From the NCBI GenBank assembly GCA_051003155.1, contig JBPCLO010000026.1:64001-128000 (forward strand): a stretch of 64,000 nt of DNA. The letters are read 5' to 3'. Below are positions 21,038 to 32,173 of this stretch, piece after piece. The stretch is from Fimbriimonadales bacterium. GTDB taxonomy: Bacteria; Armatimonadota; Fimbriimonadia; Fimbriimonadales; ATM1. Below the pieces are notes generated by a model. It was not told where the DNA came from. It saw only the letters and a list, made by a program, of their open reading frames with translations, and searched no databases. Position numbers and translations under genes: made by a program. Within the stretch, counting starts at the first letter, position 1. Each line of letters starts with the position of its first letter.

Positions 21038-21445
21038 CTAACCTTCCAGAATGAAGAGCGCTTCACCCTCCTGCACGACGGCGCCCTCCTCGACGACGCA
21101 CCGCACGACAACGCCTGCGACGGGCGATTCGATCTCGTTAAAAACCTTCATCGCTTCGATAATGCCCACGACTTGGCCGACGGAAACTCTGTCACCAACC
21201 TCGATGAAGGGGGCTTCCCCAGGGGACGCGCGACGGTAAAAAACCCCGACCAGCGGACTTGGCAAAATCGGCCCCTGCGGCTCGGCGCCACCCTCGGGTG
21301 CGACAGACCCGACCTGGAGACGGCTACCGAGGGCCTCGCGGCGAAGCTCGATTGCTACGTCCCCTTCCTTCACTTTGATCGCCACGAGTTTATGCTCGTC
21401 GAGCAAGGAGGCGAGTTCTTCAACGCGTGAGATTAGGTCCGCCAT
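21038..21445 (-). CDS. accB: Acetyl-CoA carboxylase biotin carboxyl carrier protein
   Basis: SPLVGVFY and the EAMK biotinylation motif. Confidence 0.93.
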   Translation of the reverse strand: MADLISRVEELASLLDEHKLVAIKVKEGDVAIELRREALGSRLQVGSVAPEGGAEPQGPILPSPLVGVFYRRASPGEAPFIEVGDRVSVGQVVGIIEAMKVFNEIESPVAGVVVRCVVEEGAVVQEGEALFILEG

Positions 21446-21518
21446 GCCTCTAGATTATGCCCGATGGGCGTATTTACTGGTAAGCGATCACGTATGAATA
21501 ATACGAAAGCTTGAACCT

Positions 21519-21881
21519 ATGGGAAAAACGATTCTAGTTGTGGACGACGACCCTCAAGTTCGCGCCGTCATTGGCAGAATCCTCGATGGTATGGGCTATA
21601 AAGTCATATTGGCTTCCGACGGGGAGGATGCTTTGAGGAAAGCCCAGGAAACTCCGTCTCTCGATCTGGTCTTGACTGATGTCGCCATGCCGAACAAGGG
21701 CGGCTTCGATATGGTGACAGAACTAATGAGCGAGCGTCCCGAAGTCGAAGTCATCTTTATGTCCGCGTACATCGCAGACGAACAGCTCGGAGAGCGCATA
21801 GCGGATGGCCGCGCCCGGTTCTTGGCGAAGCCTTTCAAACCAAGCGAACTGCAACGCAAGATTCAGCTCGCCTTGATGTAA
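21519..21881 (+). CDS. Single-domain response regulator
   Basis: ILVVDDD, DLVLTDVAMP and KPF. Confidence 0.93.
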   Translation: MGKTILVVDDDPQVRAVIGRILDGMGYKVILASDGEDALRKAQETPSLDLVLTDVAMPNKGGFDMVTELMSERPEVEVIFMSAYIADEQLGERIADGRARFLAKPFKPSELQRKIQLALM

Positions 21882-22115
21882 TCCTTGCGCCTGTGTACCT
21901 CGATGGGCCCGACGCGCTCCGAAAAGGAATAGGTTTCGAAGAGCCACTTCCTCAACGTAGAAATTTTCCTTAGCGTTGCCAAACCGTCTCTTTCGTAAAC
22001 CGGACGCCTGTTTTCGCGGCATATCAGGATATATGCAGGGCGCTTCCGCATTATGGTTGTCGAATATTCGCGCCTCCAGCCAAAGCGCGCGAATTCATGC
22101 TCTCCCGCAGTCGTC

Positions 22116-22191
22116 TGGCCCGCACGGAGGGATTCGAACCCCCGACACCCAGTTCCGAAGACTGGTGCTCTATCCACTGAGCTACGTGCGG
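22116..22191 (-). tRNA. tRNA-Arg(TCG)
   Basis: 76-nt cloverleaf: acceptor CCGCACG/CGTGCGG, anticodon loop CTTCGGA, TTCGAAT T-loop, encoded CCA. Confidence 0.95.
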
Positions 22192-22271
22192 ACAGGTTAA
22201 TTTTACCCGCGCCCCTACTGGGTCTCCAATGGTATGTCACAAAACGCGCACCGCATGACAATACATATATT

Positions 22272-22358
22272 AGAAAGCAGCGCCAGTGGCTGCAGAACGA
22301 AACTAATGCCTTAGCGGGTTCTTTGCTCTCTCCTCTCTCCCGCTAGGGCAATTTTTTT
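22272..22358 (+). ncRNA. Candidate small RNA, copy 1
   Basis: 5' hairpin, GAACGAA linker, terminator-like stem with CU-rich loop and T7 tract; homologous to copy 2. Confidence 0.5.
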
Positions 22359-22444
22359 GTCTCCTTCACCACTGAGCTCAGACTTTTTTCGACTTTCCGA
22401 AATTTCTTGTCACAAATTGGCCGCGAGCGGCAAATTAGATAGTA

Positions 22445-22594
22445 AGAACGTAGTTCTGCAAGGGCTGCGAACGAAGTGAGCGATCCAACGGTCGGGCGAG
22501 CCCCTCAAGGTAGCCACGAACCAAGAGATCGACGAAGAAACGGAATGCCTTGGCGGGTTTCCTCTCTCTCCTTTTCCCGCCAGGGCAATTTTTT
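22445..22594 (+). ncRNA. Candidate small RNA, copy 2
   Basis: Same architecture and the same upstream TGTCACAAA at identical spacing. Confidence 0.5.
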
Positions 22595-22618
22595 GACTGG
22601 CCAACGTAGAATCTGGCC

Positions 22619-24478
22619 ATGGCGTACTTGATTGGCACCGCTGGCCACGTGGACCACGGCAAGACCACACTCATAGCGGCGCTAACGGGAATCGACGCCG
22701 ATCGTCTTCCGGAAGAGAAGGCCCGAGGCATGACCATCGACCTGGGCTTCGCCTACATCGAGTTGCCGGAAATAGGCAAGGTTAGCATCGTCGACGTCCC
22801 AGGACACGAGCGCTTCATCAAGAACATGCTTGCTGGAGCGTCGGGAGTCGACGTCGCCCTGCTCTGCATTGCTGCCGACGAAGGAGTCATGCCCCAGACC
22901 CGCGAACACTTGCAAATACTACAACTTCTTGAAGCACGCAAGGTCGTCGTGGCGCTGACGAAATGCGACTTGGCTGATGAAGACACGCACGCCTTCGCCG
23001 AACTCGACGCTCGCGATTTGCTGGCCGCATCGCCGTATGCGGAGGCGCCAATCCTTCGGGCCTCTGCCCACACCGGCGCGGGGATCGAGAGCATCAAAGT
23101 TGCGCTCGCCGGAGCCCTTGCTTCGCTCGGCCCTCGTGAGCAAACCCAAAGTTGGTTCCTACCCATCGACCGCGTGTTTACGATCGCCGGGCATGGAACG
23201 GTCGTTACCGGTACGCTGGCAGCCGGAACGATTAAGCCCGGTGTCGAAGGAGAACTAATGCCAGGATCGGAGAAAATTCGAATCCGCGGCATCCAAACAC
23301 ACGGACAGTACGCGCAGCACGCCGAGGCAGGCCAACGCACAGCTCTAAACGTTGCCGGCATTAGAAAGGAGGCGCTTCACCGCGGCCAAGCCATCGGCGC
23401 TCCTGGTGCACTGTTCGAAACGACCTGTATCAATGTAAGGCTCGCACCGGTTGTTGAACTCAAGCACGGCCAGCGCGTACGCCTACATATCGGCGCGGGA
23501 GAGTTCATCGGCAAGCTCTTTTTATTCGACGAAGCTCCCGGATTCGGCCAGATTCGCCTGGAAAGCGAAGTGGCCTGCGCGCAAGGCCAGCGCGCGGTTA
23601 TCCGCAAATACTCTCCGCCCACTGTCCTCGCGGGAGCCGAGATCGTGACACCGAACGCACAGACCCGGCGCAAGAACGACAAGCAGATCGCCGGGATCGT
23701 GGGCGGAATCGGTGGATCGCAGGCCGGGCTGCCCGAGCGCATCATGGCCGAGTTGACACGATGGCCAACAGGAACTGAGACGGAGACGATTTGTGAGGCG
23801 ATGGGCCAATCGCCACAGGCGCTCGGCGTGGCGTTTGAATCCCTCAAGCAGGCAGGCAAGGCGTTAGGGTTCGCGGGCCGCTGGCTCGACGCCCGTCAGT
23901 ATAGAGAGTTCGTGGAGCGTATCCGGGCAGCCACAATGACGCTGCACGGCCAGAATCCTCAAGCCGCAGCAGTTTCGAAGAATCGGGTGATGACAGAATC
24001 CGGCATCGATTGGCAGCCGAAGGCGTTCGACCGGCTCACGTCGAAGATGGCCGAGGACGGCCAAATCGAGCTGCATGGTGGCGACCTGAAGCATCCTGAT
24101 TACAAGATATCGTTGAGCGAGAAGCAAGCGGCCCTACTCGATCGGACGCTATCAGCTATGAAGTCACATGGGGCGGTCGCCCCTTCCGTCGAGGACCTTG
24201 CCCTGGAAGTCGGCGCCCCCCCCCAAGCGGTTTCCGAAATGGTCCGCCTCGGTGTAGAAACCAAGCAAATTATCAAGGTCGAAGAAAGTCTGTTCTATCC
24301 AGTCGAAACTCTCGACGAACTAAAAACAAAGCTGCGTTCTTTAGGAAAGGCGTTCACGGTGGCCGAATTTCGAGACGTGACCGGCTCTTCGCGCAAATAT
24401 GCTCTGCCGATATTGCAATATTTCGACGAAAAGAAAATCACGAAGCGAATCGGCGACGAGAGGGTCGTTATCGGCTAG
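22619..24478 (+). CDS. selB: Selenocysteine-specific translation elongation factor
   Basis: [29 protein letters not shown]-terminal winged helices ending [13 protein letters not shown]. Confidence 0.96.
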   Translation: MAYLIGTAGHVDHGKTTLIAALTGIDADRLPEEKARGMTIDLGFAYIELPEIGKVSIVDVPGHERFIKNMLAGASGVDVALLCIAADEGVMPQTREHLQILQLLEARKVVVALTKCDLADEDTHAFAELDARDLLAASPYAEAPILRASAHTGAGIESIKVALAGALASLGPREQTQSWFLPIDRVFTIAGHGTVVTGTLAAGTIKPGVEGELMPGSEKIRIRGIQTHGQYAQHAEAGQRTALNVAGIRKEALHRGQAIGAPGALFETTCINVRLAPVVELKHGQRVRLHIGAGEFIGKLFLFDEAPGFGQIRLESEVACAQGQRAVIRKYSPPTVLAGAEIVTPNAQTRRKNDKQIAGIVGGIGGSQAGLPERIMAELTRWPTGTETETICEAMGQSPQALGVAFESLKQAGKALGFAGRWLDARQYREFVERIRAATMTLHGQNPQAAAVSKNRVMTESGIDWQPKAFDRLTSKMAEDGQIELHGGDLKHPDYKISLSEKQAALLDRTLSAMKSHGAVAPSVEDLALEVGAPPQAVSEMVRLGVETKQIIKVEESLFYPVETLDELKTKLRSLGKAFTVAEFRDVTGSSRKYALPILQYFDEKKITKRIGDERVVIG

Positions 24479-25164
24479 AGTCGCGAGAAGCGGTAGCGCG
24501 AGAGCGTCCAAAAGGCCTCCACTCCATCCGTCCACCTTATTTTCTTTCCCGCAGATTTCGATCGCGGTTCGTAGTTGATCGGCAATTCTTTGATGTCGTA
24601 TCCCATGCGCAGGGCCTTCGCAGTAACTTCAGGGCAAAACTCGAAACGATTGCATCGCAGGTTCATTCCGCGCAGAATATCGGTGCGAAGCGCCTTGTAA
24701 CAAGTGGCCTCGTCGGAAATCTTTTTGAAATATAGAATTCGCACAAACCATGCGAGCAGTACATTGACAATCTTATTCGGCAGCGCCATTTTCGGATGCA
24801 TGCCGTGAGTAAACCGCGATCCGTACACAACGTCAGCATTTCCATCTAATATGGGCTGAACCAGGCGCGGAATATCGTCGGGATCGTATTCCATGTCCGC
24901 ATCTTGGATTACCGTAACCTTCCCTCTCGCAACCGCGATTCCCGCCCTGATCGCGGCGCCTTTCCCTTGGTTTCTCGCCTGCGTAATATGGACGATTTCC
25001 CCCTGCCTGCCATGCATGATTTGAGACGACGTGTCCGTCGAGGCGTCGTCTACAACGATGACTTCCTTGTCGAGGGCCAATTTGGAAAGCTTATCGAGAA
25101 CCTGCCCGAGCGTAGCCTCTTCGTTATAAACTGGGAGAATGATCGACACGTCCACTGAGTTCAT
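24475..25164 (-). CDS. Glycosyltransferase family 2 (DPM1-like)
   Basis: PVYNE, VDDASTD, QDADMEY and YGSRF. Confidence 0.93.
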   Translation of the reverse strand: MNSVDVSIILPVYNEEATLGQVLDKLSKLALDKEVIVVDDASTDTSSQIMHGRQGEIVHITQARNQGKGAAIRAGIAVARGKVTVIQDADMEYDPDDIPRLVQPILDGNADVVYGSRFTHGMHPKMALPNKIVNVLLAWFVRILYFKKISDEATCYKALRTDILRGMNLRCNRFEFCPEVTAKALRMGYDIKELPINYEPRSKSAGKKIRWTDGVEAFWTLSRYRFSRL

Positions 25165-25217
25165 TGTGGTGGGAGGCAACGCTCTGGGATAATAGATTAC
25201 TCTGTGGCAGGCGATTC

Positions 25218-26881
<1,664 letters not shown>

Positions 26882-26907
26882 CCAACTCTTCACCCCCGGA
26901 GGGTTGA

Positions 26908-27351
26908 ATGGAGTGTAATTCGGCTGCCGTGGCATCGGAGGATAATCGAGAGTTGTCGCTGAAGGGGTTTAATGGGTCGCTTACGCTGCGCAGGACGTGC
27001 GTGGGGGACTCGCTCCCAGACCTGATCGATTTCAAGATCGAGGTTGAGGCTCAGGACTTCCGAGGCAACGCCTATCTGGAAGTTCTGGACACCCAGTTTG
27101 TCGGATTCGCAAGGGAGCTCGAGAAACGGTTCGCACAGCTTCGCGGTTTTGCAATCCTGGAATCGCTGAACGGCAACGAAATACGCATTGACTTCGACAA
27201 GATGGGGCACGTCGAAGTTAGCGGGCGAATTCGAAATGTTGGTGAGGATGCAACCTGCTTGCAGTTCTCCTTTGGAACCGATCAGACCTACATCGGTCCA
27301 TTAATCATCCAACTGCGCGAACTCATTTCGGCAAGCGGCGCACACGGCTAA
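26908..27351 (+). CDS. Hypothetical protein (possibly WapI-like immunity family)
   Basis: Clean ORF in an intergenic gap; F.TDQTY motif. Confidence 0.55.
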   Translation: MECNSAAVASEDNRELSLKGFNGSLTLRRTCVGDSLPDLIDFKIEVEAQDFRGNAYLEVLDTQFVGFARELEKRFAQLRGFAILESLNGNEIRIDFDKMGHVEVSGRIRNVGEDATCLQFSFGTDQTYIGPLIIQLRELISASGAHG

Positions 27352-27426
27352 CCAAATCGAAATTCGCGATAGGCTCCCCGCCCCTCCGAAGGGTGAGGAG
27401 GCTACTTGCGCGAAGTCCGGCGGCGC

Positions 27427-28161
27427 TCAATCAGTATCGCGTAGCCGCACAGGGCGGACCACACCAGCAGAGGTGGAATCAAAAGAGCTATCTTGAATGA
27501 CATCGAATTTCTCCGAGTGGGCGAAAGCTTCGGCCTCTCTAACCCGCAGTTTGTAGCAGTACAGCGCGACGAGGCCAATCACCACGGCGCAGGAGTAGAA
27601 AATCGCCCGGTAGGTCGAGTCCAATCCGCCGCCGGTGACCGCTTGGTTCGCGCCGGCATGCTTCGTGGCGAACTGGGGCAAACGCGGCAATACCCAAATC
27701 AGAAACGGCACGGTAAGGAACGCAAAGATCGAGTACGCCCCCGCGTTCGCGGCCGCCCTTTCTCGACTCGAAAATCCCGCTCGCAGCGCGAAATACGCGG
27801 CGTAGATGAGCAATTGGATGAAGATAGAAACCTGGCGGAAGTCCCAATCCCAGGCCACCCCCCATTGCTCATATGCGAAGACCATGCCGGTCGCGGTGGC
27901 CAGCAGACACAGCAGGGTCCCCATCTCGATCGAGGCCAAACTTCGAATGTCGAAGGCGATATCGCGGGTTCTTAAGTATCTCCCTGCCATGATCGCTCCC
28001 CATAGGAAGAATACCGTACAAAGCATCGCCTCCGGCGCGTGGAAGAACAGAATCTTGGCGCTCTCAGGCTCGGCGAAGTTGCGCGCGGGCGGGGCCGTGG
28101 CGTAAAGGTACGTCACTAAGACCGAGGCGATGATAAGTGCCGTTCGATAAAGAGATTTCAC
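27427..28161 (-). CDS. ccmC: Cytochrome c biogenesis heme exporter CcmC
   Basis: ILFFHAP and Trp-rich WGVAWDWDFR motif. Confidence 0.9.
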   Translation of the reverse strand: MKSLYRTALIIASVLVTYLYATAPPARNFAEPESAKILFFHAPEAMLCTVFFLWGAIMAGRYLRTRDIAFDIRSLASIEMGTLLCLLATATGMVFAYEQWGVAWDWDFRQVSIFIQLLIYAAYFALRAGFSSRERAAANAGAYSIFAFLTVPFLIWVLPRLPQFATKHAGANQAVTGGGLDSTYRAIFYSCAVVIGLVALYCYKLRVREAEAFAHSEKFDVIQDSSFDSTSAGVVRPVRLRDTD

Positions 28162-28829
28162 TGGTCCCAAACTGCTACGAATAGATAAGGTCCGAGCGCG
28201 AAGAACGCCGTGGCGATTCCGGCTAGGCCCGCAACGGATATCCAGCCCGATGTTCCAGGGTCGCCAAATGCGATTCGCATCGCGCCGACTCCCAAGAAAA
28301 TGACGGGCAGCAGCACCGGTATCGAGATTACCCCGGCGAGCGCCCCTCGGCTCGACGAACGAGACACAAAAGCGCCGCAAACGCTGATCCCAGCAGCTAG
28401 CGCCGCCGTCCCGGCCAGTACTCCACCTATCGCCAGCGGCCAATTGATGGGGCTAATTCCCACCAACAGAGAGAAAAGAGGCACCACAAGGACAGCGACG
28501 AGGAGCACGAGCACGAAATTGTAGAGCAGCTTGCCCCAAAACACTGGCCCGGGCTTCGCCCAAAGGCGCAGGAGGTCGCCGGTTCCCTGCTCTTCCTCCA
28601 GGATGAAAGTTCGCGCCAGCCCGGTGATTGCGGCAAACAGAAAGGCGATCCAAAGCATCCCTGCCGCTAACGTTGGTGACGGCGACGTTCTGGCGGAGGC
28701 CATGCCGAGCGCTGCAACAGTCATTACCGAGAAAAGCAGCGACGTGAACAGCCCATGCCTACCCCGCAGTTCTCCGAGGACCTCCTTTCGCAGTATTGCG
28801 CCCGTTTCAGCCGCCCAGCCTGAGCTCAA
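28158..28829 (-). CDS. ccmB: Heme exporter permease CcmB
   Basis: EEEQGTGDLL motif; multiple TM helices; operon position. Confidence 0.9.
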   Translation of the reverse strand: MSSGWAAETGAILRKEVLGELRGRHGLFTSLLFSVMTVAALGMASARTSPSPTLAAGMLWIAFLFAAITGLARTFILEEEQGTGDLLRLWAKPGPVFWGKLLYNFVLVLLVAVLVVPLFSLLVGISPINWPLAIGGVLAGTAALAAGISVCGAFVSRSSSRGALAGVISIPVLLPVIFLGVGAMRIAFGDPGTSGWISVAGLAGIATAFFALGPYLFVAVWDQ

Positions 28830-29370
28830 GGTCTCCGTACCTCCTTTCCAGAGGGTCGTTCGTCGCAACGATCACCGCGCCGCGACCCTTCTGCGCCTGG
28901 ATTACTCCGTCCAACAGCGACCGGCCGCTTTCGTCGAGGCCGGCCCCCGGCTCATCGAGAATCAACAGATCGGGACTTGCCTGTAGCGCCAGCGCGAGCT
29001 TGAGCCGAGCGCGCATCCCGGTGCTGTAGCTCGAAGTGGGGCCGACCGCGCCGGGAAGCCCGACCTCCTCCAACAAGTCAACCCTTGTGTCCGACCCTCG
29101 TAGCTTTGCCGCCAACTCCATGTGCTCGGCCCCGTTGAGTGACGGATAGAGGCGCAAATCGGGCGCGGTGTAACCGATTCGAAAGCCTGAAGATTCCATC
29201 TGTCCCTCGCTCGGCGTCTCCAGCCCGACGAGGACCCTGAGCAGCGTCGACTTCCCCGAACCGTTTACGCCCGTCACGAGAAGACACTCGCCTTGAGCGA
29301 CGCAAAACTCGAGCCTGCGGAAAACCCAGCGAGCGCCAAAGCGCTTGCCCAGTTCGTGCGCGAACACCAT
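28807..29370 (-). CDS. ccmA: Heme ABC exporter ATP-binding protein CcmA
   Basis: GVNGSGKST, YSTGM, LILDEP; upstream of ccmB. Confidence 0.88.
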   Translation of the reverse strand: MVFAHELGKRFGARWVFRRLEFCVAQGECLLVTGVNGSGKSTLLRVLVGLETPSEGQMESSGFRIGYTAPDLRLYPSLNGAEHMELAAKLRGSDTRVDLLEEVGLPGAVGPTSSYSTGMRARLKLALALQASPDLLILDEPGAGLDESGRSLLDGVIQAQKGRGAVIVATNDPLERRYGDLELRLGG

Positions 29371-29414
29371 TCCATGTAAGTATGAAGCTTCCCAGGAAGT
29401 AAACTTCGGTGCGA

Positions 29415-30347
29415 ATGACTCTCCAGGACCTGATTTTCAAGCTAAACGAATACTGGGCCGCGCAGGGCTGCCTCATCCTCCAGCCATACGACGTCGAGGT
29501 AGGCGCCGGAACGATGCATCCGGCAACGGTTTTCGGTTCCCTCGGCCCGGACCCCTGGAATGTCGCCTATGTCCAGCCGTCCAGAAGGCCCGCGGACGGC
29601 CGCTATTGCCGCAACCCCATGCGGAACCAGCGCTATTATCAGTACCAGGTGATCATGAAGCCTAGCCCCGACGACACCGTGGACCTCTACATGGGTTCGC
29701 TGAACGCGATCGGCTTCGACGTCAAAAAGAACGACGTGCGGCTTGTCGAGGACGACTGGGAGTCGCCGAGCATGGGCGCGAGCGGCGTCGGATGGGAGGT
29801 CTGGTTGAACGGCGCCGAAATCACCCAGTTCACATTCTTCCAGCAGATGGGCGGAATCGAGTTGAATCCCGTTTCTGTCGAAATCACGTACGGGCCAGAG
29901 AGGCTGTGCCTGATGCTGGATGAAGGTGTGTCTTTCTGGGAAGACCTCGAATGGGGCAACGGGGTCTCGTACAAGGAGGTCAACTACGACCTCGAGCTGC
30001 AGCACAACATTTACAACTTCGAGGTCGCGGATGTCGATATGCTCTTCAACCTGTTCAACATGTTCGAAGCAGAAAGCAAGCGCGTGGTCGAAACCGTCGC
30101 GGGATACTCCGAAGACCTAAGCCGCTTCAGCACCTCCGGCGAGAAGGACCCGATTTCGTTGGCCCATCCCGCCTTCGATTTGGCTCTCAAATGCTCGCAT
30201 GTCTTCAACTTGCTCGATGCTCGCGGAGCCCTTTCACCGACCGAGCGGGTCGCCTACATCAATCGCATACGCGCCAGATCGCGTGCTTGCTGCCTGAAGC
30301 ATGTGGAGATGCTCAAGAGCCGAAACCAACCCGTCACCGCGTCATAA
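29415..30347 (+). CDS. glyQ: Glycine--tRNA ligase alpha subunit
   Basis: EVGAGT, QPSRRPADGRY, EITQFTFFQQ and EITYGPER. Confidence 0.97.
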   Translation: MTLQDLIFKLNEYWAAQGCLILQPYDVEVGAGTMHPATVFGSLGPDPWNVAYVQPSRRPADGRYCRNPMRNQRYYQYQVIMKPSPDDTVDLYMGSLNAIGFDVKKNDVRLVEDDWESPSMGASGVGWEVWLNGAEITQFTFFQQMGGIELNPVSVEITYGPERLCLMLDEGVSFWEDLEWGNGVSYKEVNYDLELQHNIYNFEVADVDMLFNLFNMFEAESKRVVETVAGYSEDLSRFSTSGEKDPISLAHPAFDLALKCSHVFNLLDARGALSPTERVAYINRIRARSRACCLKHVEMLKSRNQPVTAS

Positions 30348-30362
30348 TCTCCTAGTTCAGAC

Positions 30363-31825
30363 ATGAAAGCCCATACATGTCGATCCATAGCAGCCGTTCT
30401 GGTCGCGATTAGCGCGGTCGGCTCCAGCAGCCAGACTCGGTCGCCACAATATCCAGAAGGCGCGGCTATCCCTCGCTCGCTCACGAACTTGGAAAGAGCT
30501 TGGCTAAGCGAAAACCTTTGGTACTTCGGGCAGGCTGACGGGGAAGGACCGCCGCCGACGGGCCCGGTCCGTTGCGCGTCCGAATATGAGCCCATGGACG
30601 GACTGCTCATGGCGTGGGAGGGCAGTGCCTCCTGGAAGAACATTCTCGCCGCCATGGCTCTCGAAGTCACCGGCCCGTTGGGAGGCGCACGGGTCTATAT
30701 GGTCGTGGACGACCAGTCCGAACAAAACTCCTGCAACACAACCTTAACCAACGCGGGTGTGGACGTGTCGAACGTCTTCTATGTAGTTCGGCCGACCGAC
30801 ACAATTTGGATCCGCGACTACGGCCCCAGGTACATCTACCAAGGCGGTTGCCGGGCGATCGTCGACCATATCTACAACCGACCCAGGCCTCTCGACGACG
30901 TCTTCCCCCTCTATTTTTCTTCCCTCAAGGCCCACCCTGTGTACGAAATTGGGCTTGTCCACGGGGGCGGCAATTACCACCTCGATTCCGTATACCGAAG
31001 TTACGCTACGCGACTGATCAACAACGAGAACCCAGGCCTCACCGAGGCTCAAATCATCGCTAAATGGTTCGCGTTCCAGAACGTGAATACGACGCTCTTC
31101 AATCCCTTCCCGCAGGGCGTTGACTCTACCCAGCACCTCGACATGTGGATGCAAGTCATCGCCGACGATAGGGTCGTCGTCAGCGACTGGCCTACGGCTC
31201 CCGGCTCGACTCAGGACCAGATTTGCGATGAGCTGCGTCTTTGATGGCGCAACGAGGCTACACGGTTTACCGAACGCCGGCTCTGGCGACAAGCAGCCAT
31301 TTCACGTATACCAACGCGGTGATGTGTAACGATCTAGTGATGATCCCGAAGTATTTGCAGCAGGGTATGAGCGCCTACAACACCCAGGCTCTCGCGACGT
31401 GGGAGGCTGCTGTCCCGGAAAAGACAATCGTCCAGATCGACGCCACGAAAATAGTCTCTGCCGCCGGAGTACTGCATTGCGTCGTCATGCACGTGCCGAA
31501 AAACTTGAACGGTGCGCTGCCCGGCGCGTATCTTATCGGTCCGCAGGGCGGCTCGCCCCAGGTTCTCACACCCGGAGAGCAAATCGAGATCGAGTGGCTC
31601 GCCGACGACGACAACGCCGTGACGGGCATCGATTTGTTGATGGACGCCCCGTTCGGTTCGACGCGGCCCGTCCCGATCATCCGTAATACGTCGAACGACG
31701 GGACCCATATTTGGACGGTACCTTCTACGTCAACGCTAAGGCGTTTCAAGCTAAGAGTCGACGCCAAAGATGCTCAAGGAAATACCGCCGCTTCATACAG
31801 CAGCGGCACGTTTACAATTCAATAA
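30363..31825 (+). pseudogene. Secreted agmatine/peptidylarginine deiminase-family protein with C-terminal Ig-like domain, frameshifted near 31230
   Basis: WIRDYGP, GGN and HLD in ORF 30363..31244; YTN and GVLHC in ORF 31241..31825. Confidence 0.82.
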
Positions 31826-31860
31826 TCTGGAGGTCCGAGCTTCCTCGCGAAAACCCGGAG

Positions 31861-32118
31861 CTACTTACCAGCAGCCTTGCTGGCAGCCTTCATGACTCGC
31901 GACTTGCGGCGGGCGGCCTGGTTCTTGTGAATAACGCCGCGCTGGGCGGCCTTGTCGAGCTGCTTGCAGGCGGTTGCGAGCGCAGAAGCGACGTCCTCAC
32001 CCGAAGCGGTACGCGCTTTCTTGATGTAGGTCTTCAGCGCGGATTGTACGGCCTGGTTCTTAACGCGGCGCTTCTCATTCCGCTTCAGGTCCTTGTTCAT
32101 TGATTTGATGTTAGGCAT
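31861..32118 (-). CDS. rpsT: 30S ribosomal protein S20
   Basis: MPNIKS...IHKNQAARRKSR. Confidence 0.97.
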   Translation of the reverse strand: MPNIKSMNKDLKRNEKRRVKNQAVQSALKTYIKKARTASGEDVASALATACKQLDKAAQRGVIHKNQAARRKSRVMKAASKAAGK

Positions 32119-32173
32119 GTTTATTTCATCTTCGGGGGGTTATTGTGGCAGGTCCGCGGGACGGGGGTCAAAT

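Noticed and set aside
21863..22261. Minus-strand ORF across the tRNA
   Set aside because: Overlaps tRNA-Arg; at most a short remnant without motifs
22235..22594. CRISPR array or tRNA-Sec next to selB
   Set aside because: Only two unequal units, no spacers or cas genes, and no cloverleaf with a TCA anticodon
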